Counted from the first letter of the stretch, positions 30,688-41,311 are shown. The stretch: 64,000 nucleotides of DNA from an uncultured Thermoplasmata archaeon (GCA_963771555.1 CAVYTM010000003.1:500610-564609); one strand, 5' to 3'. Numbers and translations are program-made. The notes: generated from the letters alone by a model not told the origin.

Positions 30688-31841
30688 AGGTGGCTCACGT
30701 CCTTCTCCGCTTCGACGCCCCCGGGGGGGTCGAAACGAATGTCCGGGAGGTCACTCGACGCCTCCGCGCCTCCGGAGAGGAGGTCGAGGTCTACGCGAGC
30801 GACCTCTACAACGAGTCCGGCTGGGAGCGGCGATCGAACTACGCCCCGGTCGTGGACGGGGTCCCGGTCCATCGATTCCCGGTCCGGAAGCGACTCGTTC
30901 CGGGGCTCACCATGCCGATGATGGTCGGCCTCATGGACGCATTGGCCGACAGCGGGGCCGACGTCCTTCATGCCCATTCGCACCGGTATGGTCACGTCCT
31001 CGAAGCGGCCGCCGTCGCCGAGCGGCTCGGGATCCCGCTCGTGGTGTCGACGCACTACCATCCGGCCGATCGTCGAGAGACCGCCGTGAAGCGAGGCCTC
31101 CTACGCACCCAGGATGTGGTCTTCGGTATGACTGCGTACCGGATCGCACGGGCCCTGGTCGTGCAGACCGATCGCGAGGGAGCGCTGATCCGCGAGTTCG
31201 CTCCGGCGGGGAAACTACGCACGATCCCTCCCGGCATCGACCTCGCGTCCTGGTCGACGCCCGGGGCCGACCGGACCGACGGTCTCGAGCTTCCGGAGGA
31301 GTACTTCGTCTTCGTAGGGCGCATCGCGTCCAACAAGGGCCTCTCGACCCTCCTCGAAGCGCTCGCGCGACTCGACCCGAAAGACCGTCGACCGCTCGTC
31401 CTCATGGGTCGGGACTGGGGCGAGCGGGCTCATCTCGAAGCCGAGGCCCGTCGGCTCGGACTCGCCGACTCCGTTCGCTTCCTCAGTCACGTGGAGCAGG
31501 CCTCCGTCTACCGCGGCGTGATCCGCCGGGCACGAGCCCTCGTTCTGCCTTCGGAGTGGGAGGCGTTCGGCCTCGTGCTCCTCGAGGCGATGGCCGCGGG
31601 AACTCCGATCGTCGCGAGCGCCGTGGGCGGCGTGCCGGAGGTGCTCGACTCCGGCCGGGTGGGCCGCCTCGTCCCGTACGGGGATGCGGCTGCACTGGCC
31701 GGAGCGCTGCGCGCCGTATCGAACGACGCGGCCGAGACACAACGGCTGAGGACCGCGGCCAGTGAGCGGGTGCGCGGGTTCGATTGGTCCGTGACGGTGG
31801 AGCGCCACCGCGCGCTCTATCGCGAGGTCACCGGTCGCTGA
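30684..31841 (+). CDS. Glycosyltransferase family 4
   Basis: FVGRI..NKG, PSEWEAFGLVLLEAMAAG; GTG overlaps upstream stop. Confidence 0.9.
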   Translation: MKVAHVLLRFDAPGGVETNVREVTRRLRASGEEVEVYASDLYNESGWERRSNYAPVVDGVPVHRFPVRKRLVPGLTMPMMVGLMDALADSGADVLHAHSHRYGHVLEAAAVAERLGIPLVVSTHYHPADRRETAVKRGLLRTQDVVFGMTAYRIARALVVQTDREGALIREFAPAGKLRTIPPGIDLASWSTPGADRTDGLELPEEYFVFVGRIASNKGLSTLLEALARLDPKDRRPLVLMGRDWGERAHLEAEARRLGLADSVRFLSHVEQASVYRGVIRRARALVLPSEWEAFGLVLLEAMAAGTPIVASAVGGVPEVLDSGRVGRLVPYGDAAALAGALRAVSNDAAETQRLRTAASERVRGFDWSVTVERHRALYREVTGR

Positions 31842-31956
31842 GCTCGCCGCGACTCGAGGCGGAGGAGCTCGGCTCCGACATGGTCGAGGTCCGCGCTCCC
31901 GTCCCTGGCGCGGAGCCGTGCCACGGCACGGAAGAGACGGCCGACGAGGCCCGCGA

Positions 31957-33087
31957 TCACGCTGTCACCTCGTCCGCGTACTCATGCAGGATCTTCAAAC
32001 CGGCCCGGATGTTCTTTCTCGAGGCCGCGAACGAGAGTCGGAGGTGCGACGCACCGAGCGACCCGAACGCGTCGCCGGGCGTCGTGATCAGGCCGCGGGC
32101 GAGCAGCGCTCGAGCGATCTCCGTGCTCGTCTTCGACCAGTCGAGTCGCGGGAAGGCGTAGAAGGCCCCCTCCGGCGGCACGAGGGAGACGCCCGGGATC
32201 TTCCCGAGGAGCTTCGTCACGAGCTCCCGACGGGCCCGGAACTCACGGACCATGCCCTTCAGCGTCGAGGATCCGCTCGACATTCCGGCGAGGACGGCCA
32301 CCTGCGCCGGGGTCGACGGGCACGCAATGATGTGATAATGGATCTTGTTGAGCGCGACCGCGAACGGTCGGGGCGCGACGAGGAAGCCGAGTCGCCAACC
32401 GGTCATCGCGAAGGTCTTCGAGAAGGAGTTCGCGATCACCACTCGGTCGCTGCGACCCCAGAAAGAGGTCGCCGGTACGTCGTAGACGATCTCCTCGTAC
32501 ACCTCGTCCGAAATGATCGTGAGGTCGTGCTTGTCGGCGAAGGCCACGATCCGGTCCACGACAACGCGCGGGAACACGGCGCCCGTGGGGTTGGACGGGC
32601 TGTTCACGACGATCGCTCGCGTCCGGGAGCTCACGAGCTGCTCGAGTTCGTCGAAGTCAGGGAGGAACTTCTGCGACGCGGGCAGGCTGTAGGGAACCGG
32701 CACGGCTCCGGCGAGCCGAGCGTGGGGGGCGTAGAGCACGAAACCGGGGTTCGGAATGAGGACCTCGGTGCCCGGGTCGTAGAACGCGAGGGCGGCGGTC
32801 ATGAGGCCCTCCGAGCCGCCCGCGGTCACAATCACATTGTCCCGCCGAGTTCCCGGGTCCAGTTCGCGATACTGTTCTGCGATCTTGTCGCGCAGTTCGG
32901 GAAGGCCGGCCGAGGGACCGTAATGGTTCCTCCCGCCTCGGACCGCCGAACAGAGCGCCTCGATGACCTCGGGCGCCGGGTTGAAGTCCGGCTCGCCGAG
33001 GCCGAGGTTGATCGAGTTCGGCGGGGCCGCCTCGAACATCTTTCGAATGCCCGAAATCTCGACCTCGCGCGTCCGCTGCGCAACCAT
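31957..33087 (-). CDS. Class I/II PLP aminotransferase (AspB-like)
   Basis: INLGLGEPDF, NSPSNPTG, SDEVY, SFSKTFAMTGWRLG. Confidence 0.92.
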   Translation of the reverse strand: MVAQRTREVEISGIRKMFEAAPPNSINLGLGEPDFNPAPEVIEALCSAVRGGRNHYGPSAGLPELRDKIAEQYRELDPGTRRDNVIVTAGGSEGLMTAALAFYDPGTEVLIPNPGFVLYAPHARLAGAVPVPYSLPASQKFLPDFDELEQLVSSRTRAIVVNSPSNPTGAVFPRVVVDRIVAFADKHDLTIISDEVYEEIVYDVPATSFWGRSDRVVIANSFSKTFAMTGWRLGFLVAPRPFAVALNKIHYHIIACPSTPAQVAVLAGMSSGSSTLKGMVREFRARRELVTKLLGKIPGVSLVPPEGAFYAFPRLDWSKTSTEIARALLARGLITTPGDAFGSLGASHLRLSFAASRKNIRAGLKILHEYADEVTA

Positions 33088-33126
33088 CGCGCCGAGGACC
33101 GCGACCCTCCTTCATAGGGTTATCCC

Positions 33127-34563
33127 GTGCGCCGGTTCGTGACGCCGCTCGCGGGGCGTTCGGGGTCGCGAGGCACAAGGGCCTTCTACCCGAACGCCTC
33201 GGTGGCTCGGGAGGGGAGCGCAACGTCCGTCCGGGTCGTGGTCGGGGCGCAGTTCGGCGACGAGGCGAAGGGGAAGATCACCGACTACCTCGCTGCCGGC
33301 GCCCGCTACGTCGTTCGGACCGGTGGTGGACCGAACGCCGGCCACTCCATTCACCTTCCCGAGGGCTCCGTCGTCCTTCACCAGTTGGCCTGCGGGGTCC
33401 TGCGCCATGGCGTGGTGGGCGTGAGCGGGCCGGGGATGGTCATTCAGCCGACCAAGCTCGAAGCGGAAATGCAGGACCTCGAGAAGCGCGGGCTCCTGCG
33501 CGGACAGGTCGTCCTCTCCGACCGGGCGCACGTCCTGTTGCCGATCCACGAGATCGAGGACGCCTGGGAGGACGACCTGCGCGCGAAGAAGAATCCCGGA
33601 GCGGGTCTCGGAACCACGCGCACGGGGATCGGTCCCGCGTACTCCGACCGGTCGGGCCGCTTCGGCATTCGGCTCGGGGACCTGGCCCATCCGACCCGCC
33701 TGCGCGAGACCCTCGAGCTCCTCTACGCGACGAAGACCCACCTCGCGAACCTTCCTTCTATCGACCACCTCGCCTCCGAGCTCGCCGAGGTCGGCGGGCG
33801 TCTCGCCCCGCTCATTCGTCCCACCGAACCGATGCTCTGGGACGCCATCGCCCGACGCGAGACGATCCTTCTTGAGGGGGCGCAGAGCGCTCTTCTCGAC
33901 ATCGATTTCGGCACCTATCCGTTCGTCACGAGCTCCCACCCGACGAGCGCCGGGGCGCTCGTCGGAAGCGGCATCCCCCCGACCGAGGTGGACGAAGTGA
34001 TCGGCGTCGCGAAGGCGTACTCCACGCGGGTCGGCGCCGGACCGTTCCCGACCGAGGATACGGGCGAGCGCGGCGAGTACTTGCGTCGGGTCGGCGGAGA
34101 GCGCGGAGCGACCACGGGCCGAGCCCGACGTTGCGGCTGGCTCGACCTCGTCCTGCTCCGGTACGCGGCTCGCCTGAACGGCTTCACCTCGTTCGCGATC
34201 ACCAAGGTCGACGTCCTCGGCGGACTGGACGAGATTCCGATCTGCACTCAGTATCTCATGCCGGACGGGACCACGGTCCGCGACGCGCTCCCCTCGCAGG
34301 CCGAGGAGCTCGCCCGGGCCACTCCTGTCTACGAGTACCTGCCCGGATGGCCCGCCTTCCACCAACGGCTCAAGGATCGGATCAAGAGCGAAGGAGCGAT
34401 GGCCCTCCCTCTCACGCTCCGCCGCTATCTCGACCGGATCCTGGAGGAGACCCGCGTGCCGGTCCAGTACGTCGGTTATGGTGCCGAACGGGACGAGACG
34501 GTCGCGCTCCCTCCCCCCACCGAGCGCACGCGACGGCCAGCGTTGACCCCCTGGACCGGCTGA
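33127..34563 (+). CDS. purA: Adenylosuccinate synthetase
   Basis: GAQFGDEAKGK, GGPNAGH, GTT..GIGPAY, EGAQ, GATTGR.RRCGW; true start may be slightly downstream. Confidence 0.93.
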   Translation: MRRFVTPLAGRSGSRGTRAFYPNASVAREGSATSVRVVVGAQFGDEAKGKITDYLAAGARYVVRTGGGPNAGHSIHLPEGSVVLHQLACGVLRHGVVGVSGPGMVIQPTKLEAEMQDLEKRGLLRGQVVLSDRAHVLLPIHEIEDAWEDDLRAKKNPGAGLGTTRTGIGPAYSDRSGRFGIRLGDLAHPTRLRETLELLYATKTHLANLPSIDHLASELAEVGGRLAPLIRPTEPMLWDAIARRETILLEGAQSALLDIDFGTYPFVTSSHPTSAGALVGSGIPPTEVDEVIGVAKAYSTRVGAGPFPTEDTGERGEYLRRVGGERGATTGRARRCGWLDLVLLRYAARLNGFTSFAITKVDVLGGLDEIPICTQYLMPDGTTVRDALPSQAEELARATPVYEYLPGWPAFHQRLKDRIKSEGAMALPLTLRRYLDRILEETRVPVQYVGYGAERDETVALPPPTERTRRPALTPWTG

Positions 34564-34572
34564 GCCGGGACC

Positions 34573-35442
34573 GTGGCGTTCGACCCGTTCCTGTACGTCG
34601 CCTTCGGGATAGGCCTCGTCGCAGGCCGGGTGCTGCGCTGGCGAAGCCCCTGGGTCACCCGCGCCACGATCCTGACGGTGGTCGTCCTGGTCGGGTTGCT
34701 GGGCGCATCGCTCAACGTCGTGGCGTTGGGATCGCTCGCACTGATCGTCCCGGTCGCGCTTGGGTTCGCGTTCCTCGTCCTCGGGCTGACCGCCGGCCTC
34801 GCCCTCCTGATCGCCCGATTCCGGCCGGAGAAACCTGTGCCGGCCGAGAGCGGTACGGGAAAGGAACGCTTCCCGCTGAGTGTGGTCCTCGTCGGGGCGG
34901 TCCTCGTCGGATTCGGCGTCGGACGGGTCGTCTCCGTTCCGACGGGCACCGGGATCACCTGGGCGTTGTACGCCCTGCTCGCGTTGGTCGCGTTCGACCT
35001 GCCCCTCCAATGGACGAGCGTCCGGGCGGTCTGGGTGCCCCTTACCGCCGCCATCGTGGGCGCGCTGGCAGCGGGCGCCCTCTTTGCGCTGGTTTCGGGC
35101 ATCGCGTTACCGGTGACACTGGGGACCGGCCTCGGGTTCGGGTTCTACACCCTCACCGGCCCTCTCGTGCTCGCTCGAGCCGGTGCGCTCCTCGGCCTCC
35201 TCGCCTTCCTCACGAACTTCTTCCGGGAGAACCTCACCATGGTGTTCTCGCCGCTCGTCGGTCGACGCCTCCGCGGAGAAGGGCTCACGGCCCTCGGCGG
35301 CGCCACATCGATGGACACGACTCTCTTCTTCGTCACGCGGTACGGTGACCGGGACGCGGGGAGCCTCGCCCTCGCGAGCGGGCTCGTCCTCACGGTGCTC
35401 GCGAGCCTCATCGTTCCGCTGGTCCTGGCCCTCCCCTTGTAG
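34573..35442 (+). CDS. Lysine exporter LysO (DUF340) family
   Basis: GFGFYT, N..RE, GGATSMDTTL motifs; multi-TM. Confidence 0.82.
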   Translation: MAFDPFLYVAFGIGLVAGRVLRWRSPWVTRATILTVVVLVGLLGASLNVVALGSLALIVPVALGFAFLVLGLTAGLALLIARFRPEKPVPAESGTGKERFPLSVVLVGAVLVGFGVGRVVSVPTGTGITWALYALLALVAFDLPLQWTSVRAVWVPLTAAIVGALAAGALFALVSGIALPVTLGTGLGFGFYTLTGPLVLARAGALLGLLAFLTNFFRENLTMVFSPLVGRRLRGEGLTALGGATSMDTTLFFVTRYGDRDAGSLALASGLVLTVLASLIVPLVLALPL

Positions 35443-35479
35443 AATCCCTTAAACACGGCCGCCCTTCGGCTCGGATGTT

Positions 35480-35552
35480 GGGCTCGTGGTCCAGTGGTTA
35501 CGACGTCGCTCTCACACAGCGAAGACCGCCGGTTCGAATCCGGCCGAGCCCA
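35480..35552 (+). tRNA. tRNA-Val(CAC)
   Basis: GGGCTCG/CGAGCCC acceptor, TCGCT-CTCACAC-AGCGA anticodon arm, GTTCGAATC T loop; pyrimidine tract downstream. Confidence 0.95.
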
Positions 35553-35628
35553 CTTCCTTTCCTGCGGGCGGCTTCCGTAGAGGAATCGTGCTGAGGAAGG
35601 CCCCGATGGTCTCGCGGGATGGGTGAGT

Positions 35629-36387
35629 TCAGAATCCCCGGAACACTTCGTAATCGATGTCGTCCTCGGGGACACCGAGCTTTCCGCCAAGCGCGGACAG
35701 CATTTCTTCGACCATCTCCGGGAGTCCCGCGATGAAGTACATCGGATGCTCCAAGGGCTTCACGACCTCCCCTATCCAGGAGGCGTCGATGCGGCCCACC
35801 CGACCGTTCCATGCGACCGACGACTCGCTCGGGCGCGTCACGGTGTAGTGGACCTCGAGGTTCGGTGAGGAGCGGGAGAGTTCGTCGAGCTCGCTGCGGA
35901 ACACGAGCTCCTCGGGAACGCGGGCCGAGTACAGCAGTCGGCGCGGCGCGGAAGCTCCCGTGTCCGCGGCGAACCGGAGCATGCCGCGGAACGGGGTGAT
36001 CCCGATCCCTCCGGCCAGGAACACGGTCGGTCGGGAGGGTTCGTAAAGGAAGTGACCGAGGGGGCCGAACACCTCCGCGGTCTCGCCCGGTCGAAGGCGA
36101 GAGAGCGCCTGCTTGAACGGAGTATCCGAGATCTTACAGGTGACGGAGATCTGGTCCGGTTCGGACGGGCTCGACGATAGGGAGAACGTGCGGGCCGCTC
36201 CCCACGGGTCGTCGACCCCCGGCAGGGAGAGCCGAACGGCCTGGTTCGAGAGATACCGGAATCCGGTTCCTTTCGTCGAGAAGCGGAACGTCATGGCGGT
36301 GGGTGACTCTCGTCGACTCTCGAATAGCGTCAGGACGAACCGCCCGGGGGGCGGCACCGGCGGTTGAGGTCCCCCGACGACGTGCAC
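35629..36387 (-). CDS. FAD/NAD(P)-binding oxidoreductase (FNR family)
   Basis: RTFSLSS, GPLG.F, AGGIGITPF, YFIAG. Confidence 0.88.
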   Translation of the reverse strand: MHVVGGPQPPVPPPGRFVLTLFESRRESPTAMTFRFSTKGTGFRYLSNQAVRLSLPGVDDPWGAARTFSLSSSPSEPDQISVTCKISDTPFKQALSRLRPGETAEVFGPLGHFLYEPSRPTVFLAGGIGITPFRGMLRFAADTGASAPRRLLYSARVPEELVFRSELDELSRSSPNLEVHYTVTRPSESSVAWNGRVGRIDASWIGEVVKPLEHPMYFIAGLPEMVEEMLSALGGKLGVPEDDIDYEVFRGF

Positions 36388-36714
36388 GTCGACTACCTTC
36401 TCCGGAAGCCTATAACGACCTAGCGGCGAGCGACCCGGTCACCGTGCCGCCGCCCTCCAACACTCGGTCGGGGCGCTCGATGCGCCCATCGCCCCCCCTT
36501 CGGCGATCGGCTCGCTGTGTCAGCCCCACGAGTTCCACGATGGCCGCGCGGGGAACGGCTCGCCGGGTTCGCGGTCCGGGGTCGAGGCCGACTCCGTCTG
36601 CGCGTCGCCCGCTGGTTCTATACTCTCGAAACCACCGTCAATTCACTGACGGAAGCTCCGACCAGCCGCCCCTCCCGGCGCATCGGCCGGAACGACCTCG
36701 AGGATGGAAACAGG

Positions 36715-37404
36715 ATGATGGGCCAGCGTTTCGGACGGCGAAGCGTGTCGGGGGGCGGAATTTGCTTCGTGGTCGCGATCCTGCTCGTCGGGGGTCTGGT
36801 CCCTAGCTCTTCGCGAGCTTCGAACCTCGGGACGGCGTCCACACCGCCCCTGACGGTCTCCATCTCGATCAGCCCGCAAACCCCCACTCAGGGGAGCCAG
36901 TTCACCATCTCCGCCTCCGTCTCGGGCGGTGTCCCGCCGTACACCTATGTCTGGAACGGCGCCCCCCAGGGATGCAATCCCCAACCCACCGCGAACTTCC
37001 AGTGCAGTATCTCGGGGACCGGGGAGTACAGCATCGACGTGACCGTAACCGACCACAACGGAGCCCAGGCCATGAGCTCCCAGAACTTCAATGTCGCGAG
37101 CAGCGGCGGGAACGGGGGCAACGGGAACGGAAACGGGGGTTCGGGGAGCAACGGGTCCAACGGATTCAATCTCTCCTCGTTCGGACCTCTTCTCGTCTAC
37201 GGGCTGATCGCGGGCCTCGTCGGTTTCGCGCTGCTCGTCGCCCTGACCGTGGGCGTGATCATGATCGCCGTCATTCTTTCCCGTCGCTTGCCCCGTCAAC
37301 CTCGCGGTAAGCTCGTGTGCGGGTCCTGCCAGGCGCAGGCGCCGGCGGGCTCCAAGTTCTGTCCGGCGTGCGCAGCGCCGCTCGCGCCGACGAAGCAGGG
37401 GTAG
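36715..37404 (+). CDS. Membrane-anchored Ig/PKD-like protein with cytoplasmic zinc ribbon
   Basis: Signal-like N terminus, GG.PPYTY.W and G.Y.I.VTVTD Ig-like motifs, G/N linker, TM helix, CxxC..CxxC; ATG at 36715. Confidence 0.65.
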   Translation: MMGQRFGRRSVSGGGICFVVAILLVGGLVPSSSRASNLGTASTPPLTVSISISPQTPTQGSQFTISASVSGGVPPYTYVWNGAPQGCNPQPTANFQCSISGTGEYSIDVTVTDHNGAQAMSSQNFNVASSGGNGGNGNGNGGSGSNGSNGFNLSSFGPLLVYGLIAGLVGFALLVALTVGVIMIAVILSRRLPRQPRGKLVCGSCQAQAPAGSKFCPACAAPLAPTKQG

Positions 37405-37522
37405 CGTCCGCCGACGCACGGTAGCCCTTCTGCTGCCCTCGCTTCGTCGCTCGGGGCGCGGTCCGACCGGGCTCGAGTCGACACTCGTAAAGGGTTCCGG
37501 CGTTCCCTCTCACGGGACGTCG

Positions 37523-38714
37523 ATGACCACCGGGACGCGGATCACGGCACTCGAGTGCCGAGCTTGCTGCACCCAAACCGACGCGGGAGCGGTGGCCACG
37601 ACCTGTCCGACATGCGGACAGACGCTCTTCGCCGTCTACGACACGGCGCACCTGGACGGACGCACTTGGTGGAACGCCCTCCCGGGCCGTCCGGCTAACC
37701 TCTGGCGGTATCGGGAGCTTCTGCCGGTGCGGGAAGTTCGGAACATCACCACACTGGGCGAGGGATTCACTCCCATCCTGGACCTCGGCGAGGTCGCTTC
37801 CGCTCCGGGCATTCGGGTTTCCTTGAAGGACGACGGAACGATGCCCACGGGGTCGTTCAAGGCCCGCGGGATGGCGGTCGCGGTTTCCCGCGCGCGCGAG
37901 CTCGGACTTCACGAGCTCTACGTCCCGAGCGCGGGGAACGCCGGGATCGCCCTCGCCGCCTACTCCGCCCGCGCCGGCCTCAAGGCCCGGGTCTATCTTC
38001 CCGAGCGGACCCCGGCTCCGATGAAGCGCGCGGTCCGGTCGGTACGGCGCAGAAGTGGTCGAGGTACCGGGGACGATCCGGGAGGCCGGAGAGCTCGCGC
38101 GCACCCGGGAGAAGACCCGCGGCTCGTTCGATATGTCGACCCTGCGCGAGCCCTACCGGGTCGAGGGAAAGAAAACGATGGGATTCGAGATCGTCGAGCA
38201 GGTCGGTCCCGAAGAGCTGCCCGACGCGATCCTCTATCCTACCGGGGGAGGCACGGGCCTCGTCGGCATGGCGAAGGCGTTCCGCGAGCTGCGGGCCCTC
38301 GGACTGCTCGAACGGACACCGCGACTCTACGCCGTGCAACCGGAGGGATGCGCCCCGGTGGTCCGAGCGCTCGCTGAGGGGAGCCCAAAGGTGACTCCCT
38401 GGGCCGACCCGAGGACGATCGCCCCCGGGCTCCTCGTCCCTTCCCCGTTCTCCTCCGAGCGGATCCTCGAGGCCGTCCGTGAGAGCCGGGGCGGCGGCGT
38501 CACGGTCGAGGACCGGGAGATCGTTCAGGCGATGCGGGTCCTCGCGACCCAACACGGGGTATCGGCTTCGCCCGAGGCCGCCGCCCCGTTCGCCGCGCTC
38601 CCGAAGCTCCTCGATCGCGGGGCGATCCGCGGCGGTGAGCGAGTGTTGCTCTACCTGACCGGAACCGGGCTCGCGTTTTCGATCGACGAGCTCGGGCGCG
38701 AGCTCGCCTCGTGA
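37523..38714 (+). CDS. thrC: Threonine synthase, split by +1 frameshift at 38041-38042
   Basis: CxxC Zn, LWRY.ELLP, TLGEG.TP, PTGSFK.RG, SAGNAG; then EPYR.EGKKT, PTGGG.G in next frame. Confidence 0.85.
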
Positions 38715-38741
38715 ACCGGGCGCTCGAGCGCGTCCGCCCTT

Positions 38742-39389
38742 CTACTTCCGCAGGAGCTTGAAGGCCACGTTGAAGTTCCCGAGGCCGACGGCCGACTTCA
38801 CCCAGAGGATGCAGAGCGATTCGAGCTCCCGTGACCCTTCGATCCCGCCGATGTCGAGGACCGACGGCCAGCCGAAATCGTGCAGGATCTTCTCGACCTT
38901 CTTCTTCGCCGCGGGGTCGTTCCCGCAGATGTACATGTCCGGCGGGCCGTTCGGGAGCACCGGTCGGAACATGAGCTGGTTTCCGACGATGTTGAACGCC
39001 TTCACCACGTGCGCTCGGGGGATTGCCTTCTGGTTCTCCTCCCCCGCGGACGTGGTGTGGCCGATCGCTAGGCTCGGGACGCCCTGGGCCGAGAAGGCGA
39101 GCGGATTGGTCGTGTCGATCACGACCTTCCGGTCGAAGTGAGCGACGCCCGCGAGTCGGATCGCCTCGGAGGTCGCTACGCCCAACGTGGAGAGGACGAG
39201 GATTTCCCCGAAGGCGGCGGTGTCGGCGAACGTGCCTGTCGACCCCTTCCCGCCCGTTCCCTTCGCCCATTCCACGGTCTTCGGGTTGTCGGCCGTCCGG
39301 CTGCCGAGCCGCACTTCGTGCCCCAGCGCTACGAACCCTGTGCCCAGTGCCTTCGCGACGTCGCCGCTTCCGAGAATGCCCACCTTCAT
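38742..39389 (-). CDS. NADPH-dependent F420 reductase-like NAD(P)-binding protein
   Basis: GILGSGDVA, IDTTNP, VVKAFN, GNDPAAK; ATG at 39389. Confidence 0.85.
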   Translation of the reverse strand: MKVGILGSGDVAKALGTGFVALGHEVRLGSRTADNPKTVEWAKGTGGKGSTGTFADTAAFGEILVLSTLGVATSEAIRLAGVAHFDRKVVIDTTNPLAFSAQGVPSLAIGHTTSAGEENQKAIPRAHVVKAFNIVGNQLMFRPVLPNGPPDMYICGNDPAAKKKVEKILHDFGWPSVLDIGGIEGSRELESLCILWVKSAVGLGNFNVAFKLLRK

Positions 39390-39898
39390 GTCGCTCCCTC
39401 GGAGGACCGAGTCCCCGTCGAGGGATGAAGACTTGGGGTGGCGGAGGGGAGCACCGAGTCCAGGGTTCGACGTCCGGCAAGGAACTGGAGCGTCTTCACG
39501 CGGTGGCAATCGCGGCAGACCGTCTGAAGGTTCGAGTACTCGAGCGCCGCACCCCCCGCCGCGATCTCGACGATGTGGTCCACGTCCAGCTGGCGTGCCC
39601 TTCGGCGGCCGTGGCAGATCTGGCAGGTGTAGCGGTCGCGGAGCATCACGTACGAACGTGCGGAGTCCCAGAAGTAGTGCCCATGGAACTTCCACTGGCA
39701 CCGGCGGGAGCAGTACGGGGTCCGGTGGCTCGAGAGCGCCATTCCACACTCGACGCATCGGCCGGCGTGACGGGCCTCCGTGCGCCGTCGGGCTCCGTCG
39801 GAGAACCATGCCGCCGAAAGCGAGATGATCCGGCCGTTGGGCCCGACGACCACCGACGTGGAGGGGTCCGGTTTCGGCATTCCCGTGTGAGCTGGCAC
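39386..39898 (-). CDS. HNH endonuclease with N-terminal Zn ribbon
   Basis: CVEC..YCS.RC, RD.YTCQ.C, VDHI....GG....NLQ.VC.DCH..KT. Confidence 0.85.
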   Translation of the reverse strand: MPAHTGMPKPDPSTSVVVGPNGRIISLSAAWFSDGARRRTEARHAGRCVECGMALSSHRTPYCSRRCQWKFHGHYFWDSARSYVMLRDRYTCQICHGRRRARQLDVDHIVEIAAGGAALEYSNLQTVCRDCHRVKTLQFLAGRRTLDSVLPSATPSLHPSTGTRSSEGAT

Positions 39899-40020
39899 GG
39901 CGATTCAAGAGGGTTCCGGTCCAAAGGAAGCGGGTTGAGATGTGGCCGAGAGAGGATTGGCCCTGCCGCGATCCGTCGTTCCGGACGTACGGTTTATGCG
40001 CCCTCCTCTACCGGGAACCT

Positions 40021-41094
40021 ATGCCGTTCCCGCTCGGGGAGTGGATCGACAGTCACCCGAATTGCCGCCACAACCTCGCGGAGAGTGGAATGCACGGCAC
40101 GATCTCCCCACCCGTGCCCTCGGCGGCCGAGATCCGTGGGGCCTCTGAGAACTTATTGCGCGCCGAGCTGGCCCACGCCCTGGGCGTAGACGCCCGCCGA
40201 CTCTTCCTCACGACCGGGGCCAGCCAGGCGAACGCGCTCGCGATGCTCTTCATCGCCGGGCTTCGCAAGGGCGGGACCACCGCGAACTGTCGCTTCTGCC
40301 CGCCCGAATACCCTCCGCTCTTCGATACGGCACGATGGGCCGGCTTCCGATTGACCACCGGAGCCGAGGAGGCTGATTTCGCGGTGGTTTCCCAGCCCCG
40401 GAACCCTGAGGGCGACCTTTGGGATCGAAGCCGTCTTCTCGAGTGGGCCTCGGGGGCGCGCTCGGTCCTCGTGGACGAGACGTTCCGCGAGTTCGCCGGA
40501 GCATCCTCGGTGGTAGGAACCGACCGTCCGGGGCTGTGGGCAAGCGGCTCATTCACGAAGTTCTTCGGGGGCGACGACCTGCGCGTCGGCTTTCTCGTGG
40601 CCCCGGAGGAATCCGCCTCCGATTTCGCCCGATTCCATGGGCTCGTGACGAACCGGTTGGCTCCGTACTCCGTCGCGGGTGCGACCCGGGCCTTCCGGGA
40701 GCGGGACCGCGCCCGGCGCAGCGTGCTGAGGGTCCTGGGGGCCAACGTAACGGTCGCGCGGGCCGCGTTCCCCCACCTTCGGCCGCCCCAGGCACCCGTG
40801 ATGTTCGACCGACCCGATTCGGGGGAGACAGGTGACGATCTCGCCGGCCGAGCGCTGAAGGCTTCGGTGCTCGTCTGTTCCGGCTCCTTCTTCGGGGATC
40901 CGACGGGCGTTCGGCTCTGCCTTACTCGAAGAAGCTTTCCGGCGGACCTCGCGGCGTATCTCGCCGTTCGGTCGCGACGTCTCCCGGCTCGCCCTCTACC
41001 ACAGGCGGGACCACCGCGGGTCAGCGGTCGTACCGGTCGACCCGCTCGACGGCCCCTTGGGGGAACCGGCCGAGCGAAAGCCGCGCCATCGTGA
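40021..41094 (+). CDS. PLP-dependent aminotransferase class I/II-fold protein
   Basis: HNLAESG, PRNPEG, VDETF, GSFTKFFG..LRVG; start moved to ATG at 40021. Confidence 0.75.
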   Translation: MPFPLGEWIDSHPNCRHNLAESGMHGTISPPVPSAAEIRGASENLLRAELAHALGVDARRLFLTTGASQANALAMLFIAGLRKGGTTANCRFCPPEYPPLFDTARWAGFRLTTGAEEADFAVVSQPRNPEGDLWDRSRLLEWASGARSVLVDETFREFAGASSVVGTDRPGLWASGSFTKFFGGDDLRVGFLVAPEESASDFARFHGLVTNRLAPYSVAGATRAFRERDRARRSVLRVLGANVTVARAAFPHLRPPQAPVMFDRPDSGETGDDLAGRALKASVLVCSGSFFGDPTGVRLCLTRRSFPADLAAYLAVRSRRLPARPLPQAGPPRVSGRTGRPARRPLGGTGRAKAAPS

Positions 41095-41311
41095 CCCGGT
41101 GGACCGATTCGACTCGCCCGGGAGGGGCTCGGCCCGCGCGCTCCTTGAGGAAGGTCGCGGCGAATTGGACGGCCTGGTTGCGGTCGGATTCGTGGACGAG
41201 CAGGAACCCCCGGGCGAGCTCGGTGAGCACGGCTCGCTCCGGCACGACCTCGTGGATCGACTCGACTTCCTCGTCGAACGACCCACCGGCCCCCTGCTCC
41301 GATGGTGGCAT
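41021..41311 (-). CDS. Hypothetical protein (96 aa)
   Basis: Protein-like ORF with TATA-like ttttat about 30 bp upstream; overlaps the low-complexity tail of the opposite gene. Confidence 0.45.
   Translation of the reverse strand: MPPSEQGAGGSFDEEVESIHEVVPERAVLTELARGFLLVHESDRNQAVQFAATFLKERAGRAPPGRVESVHRVTMARLSLGRFPQGAVERVDRYDR

Noticed and set aside
35480-36500. Integration at tRNA-Val(CAC)
   Set aside because: I found no duplicated 3' fragment and no arm motif downstream.
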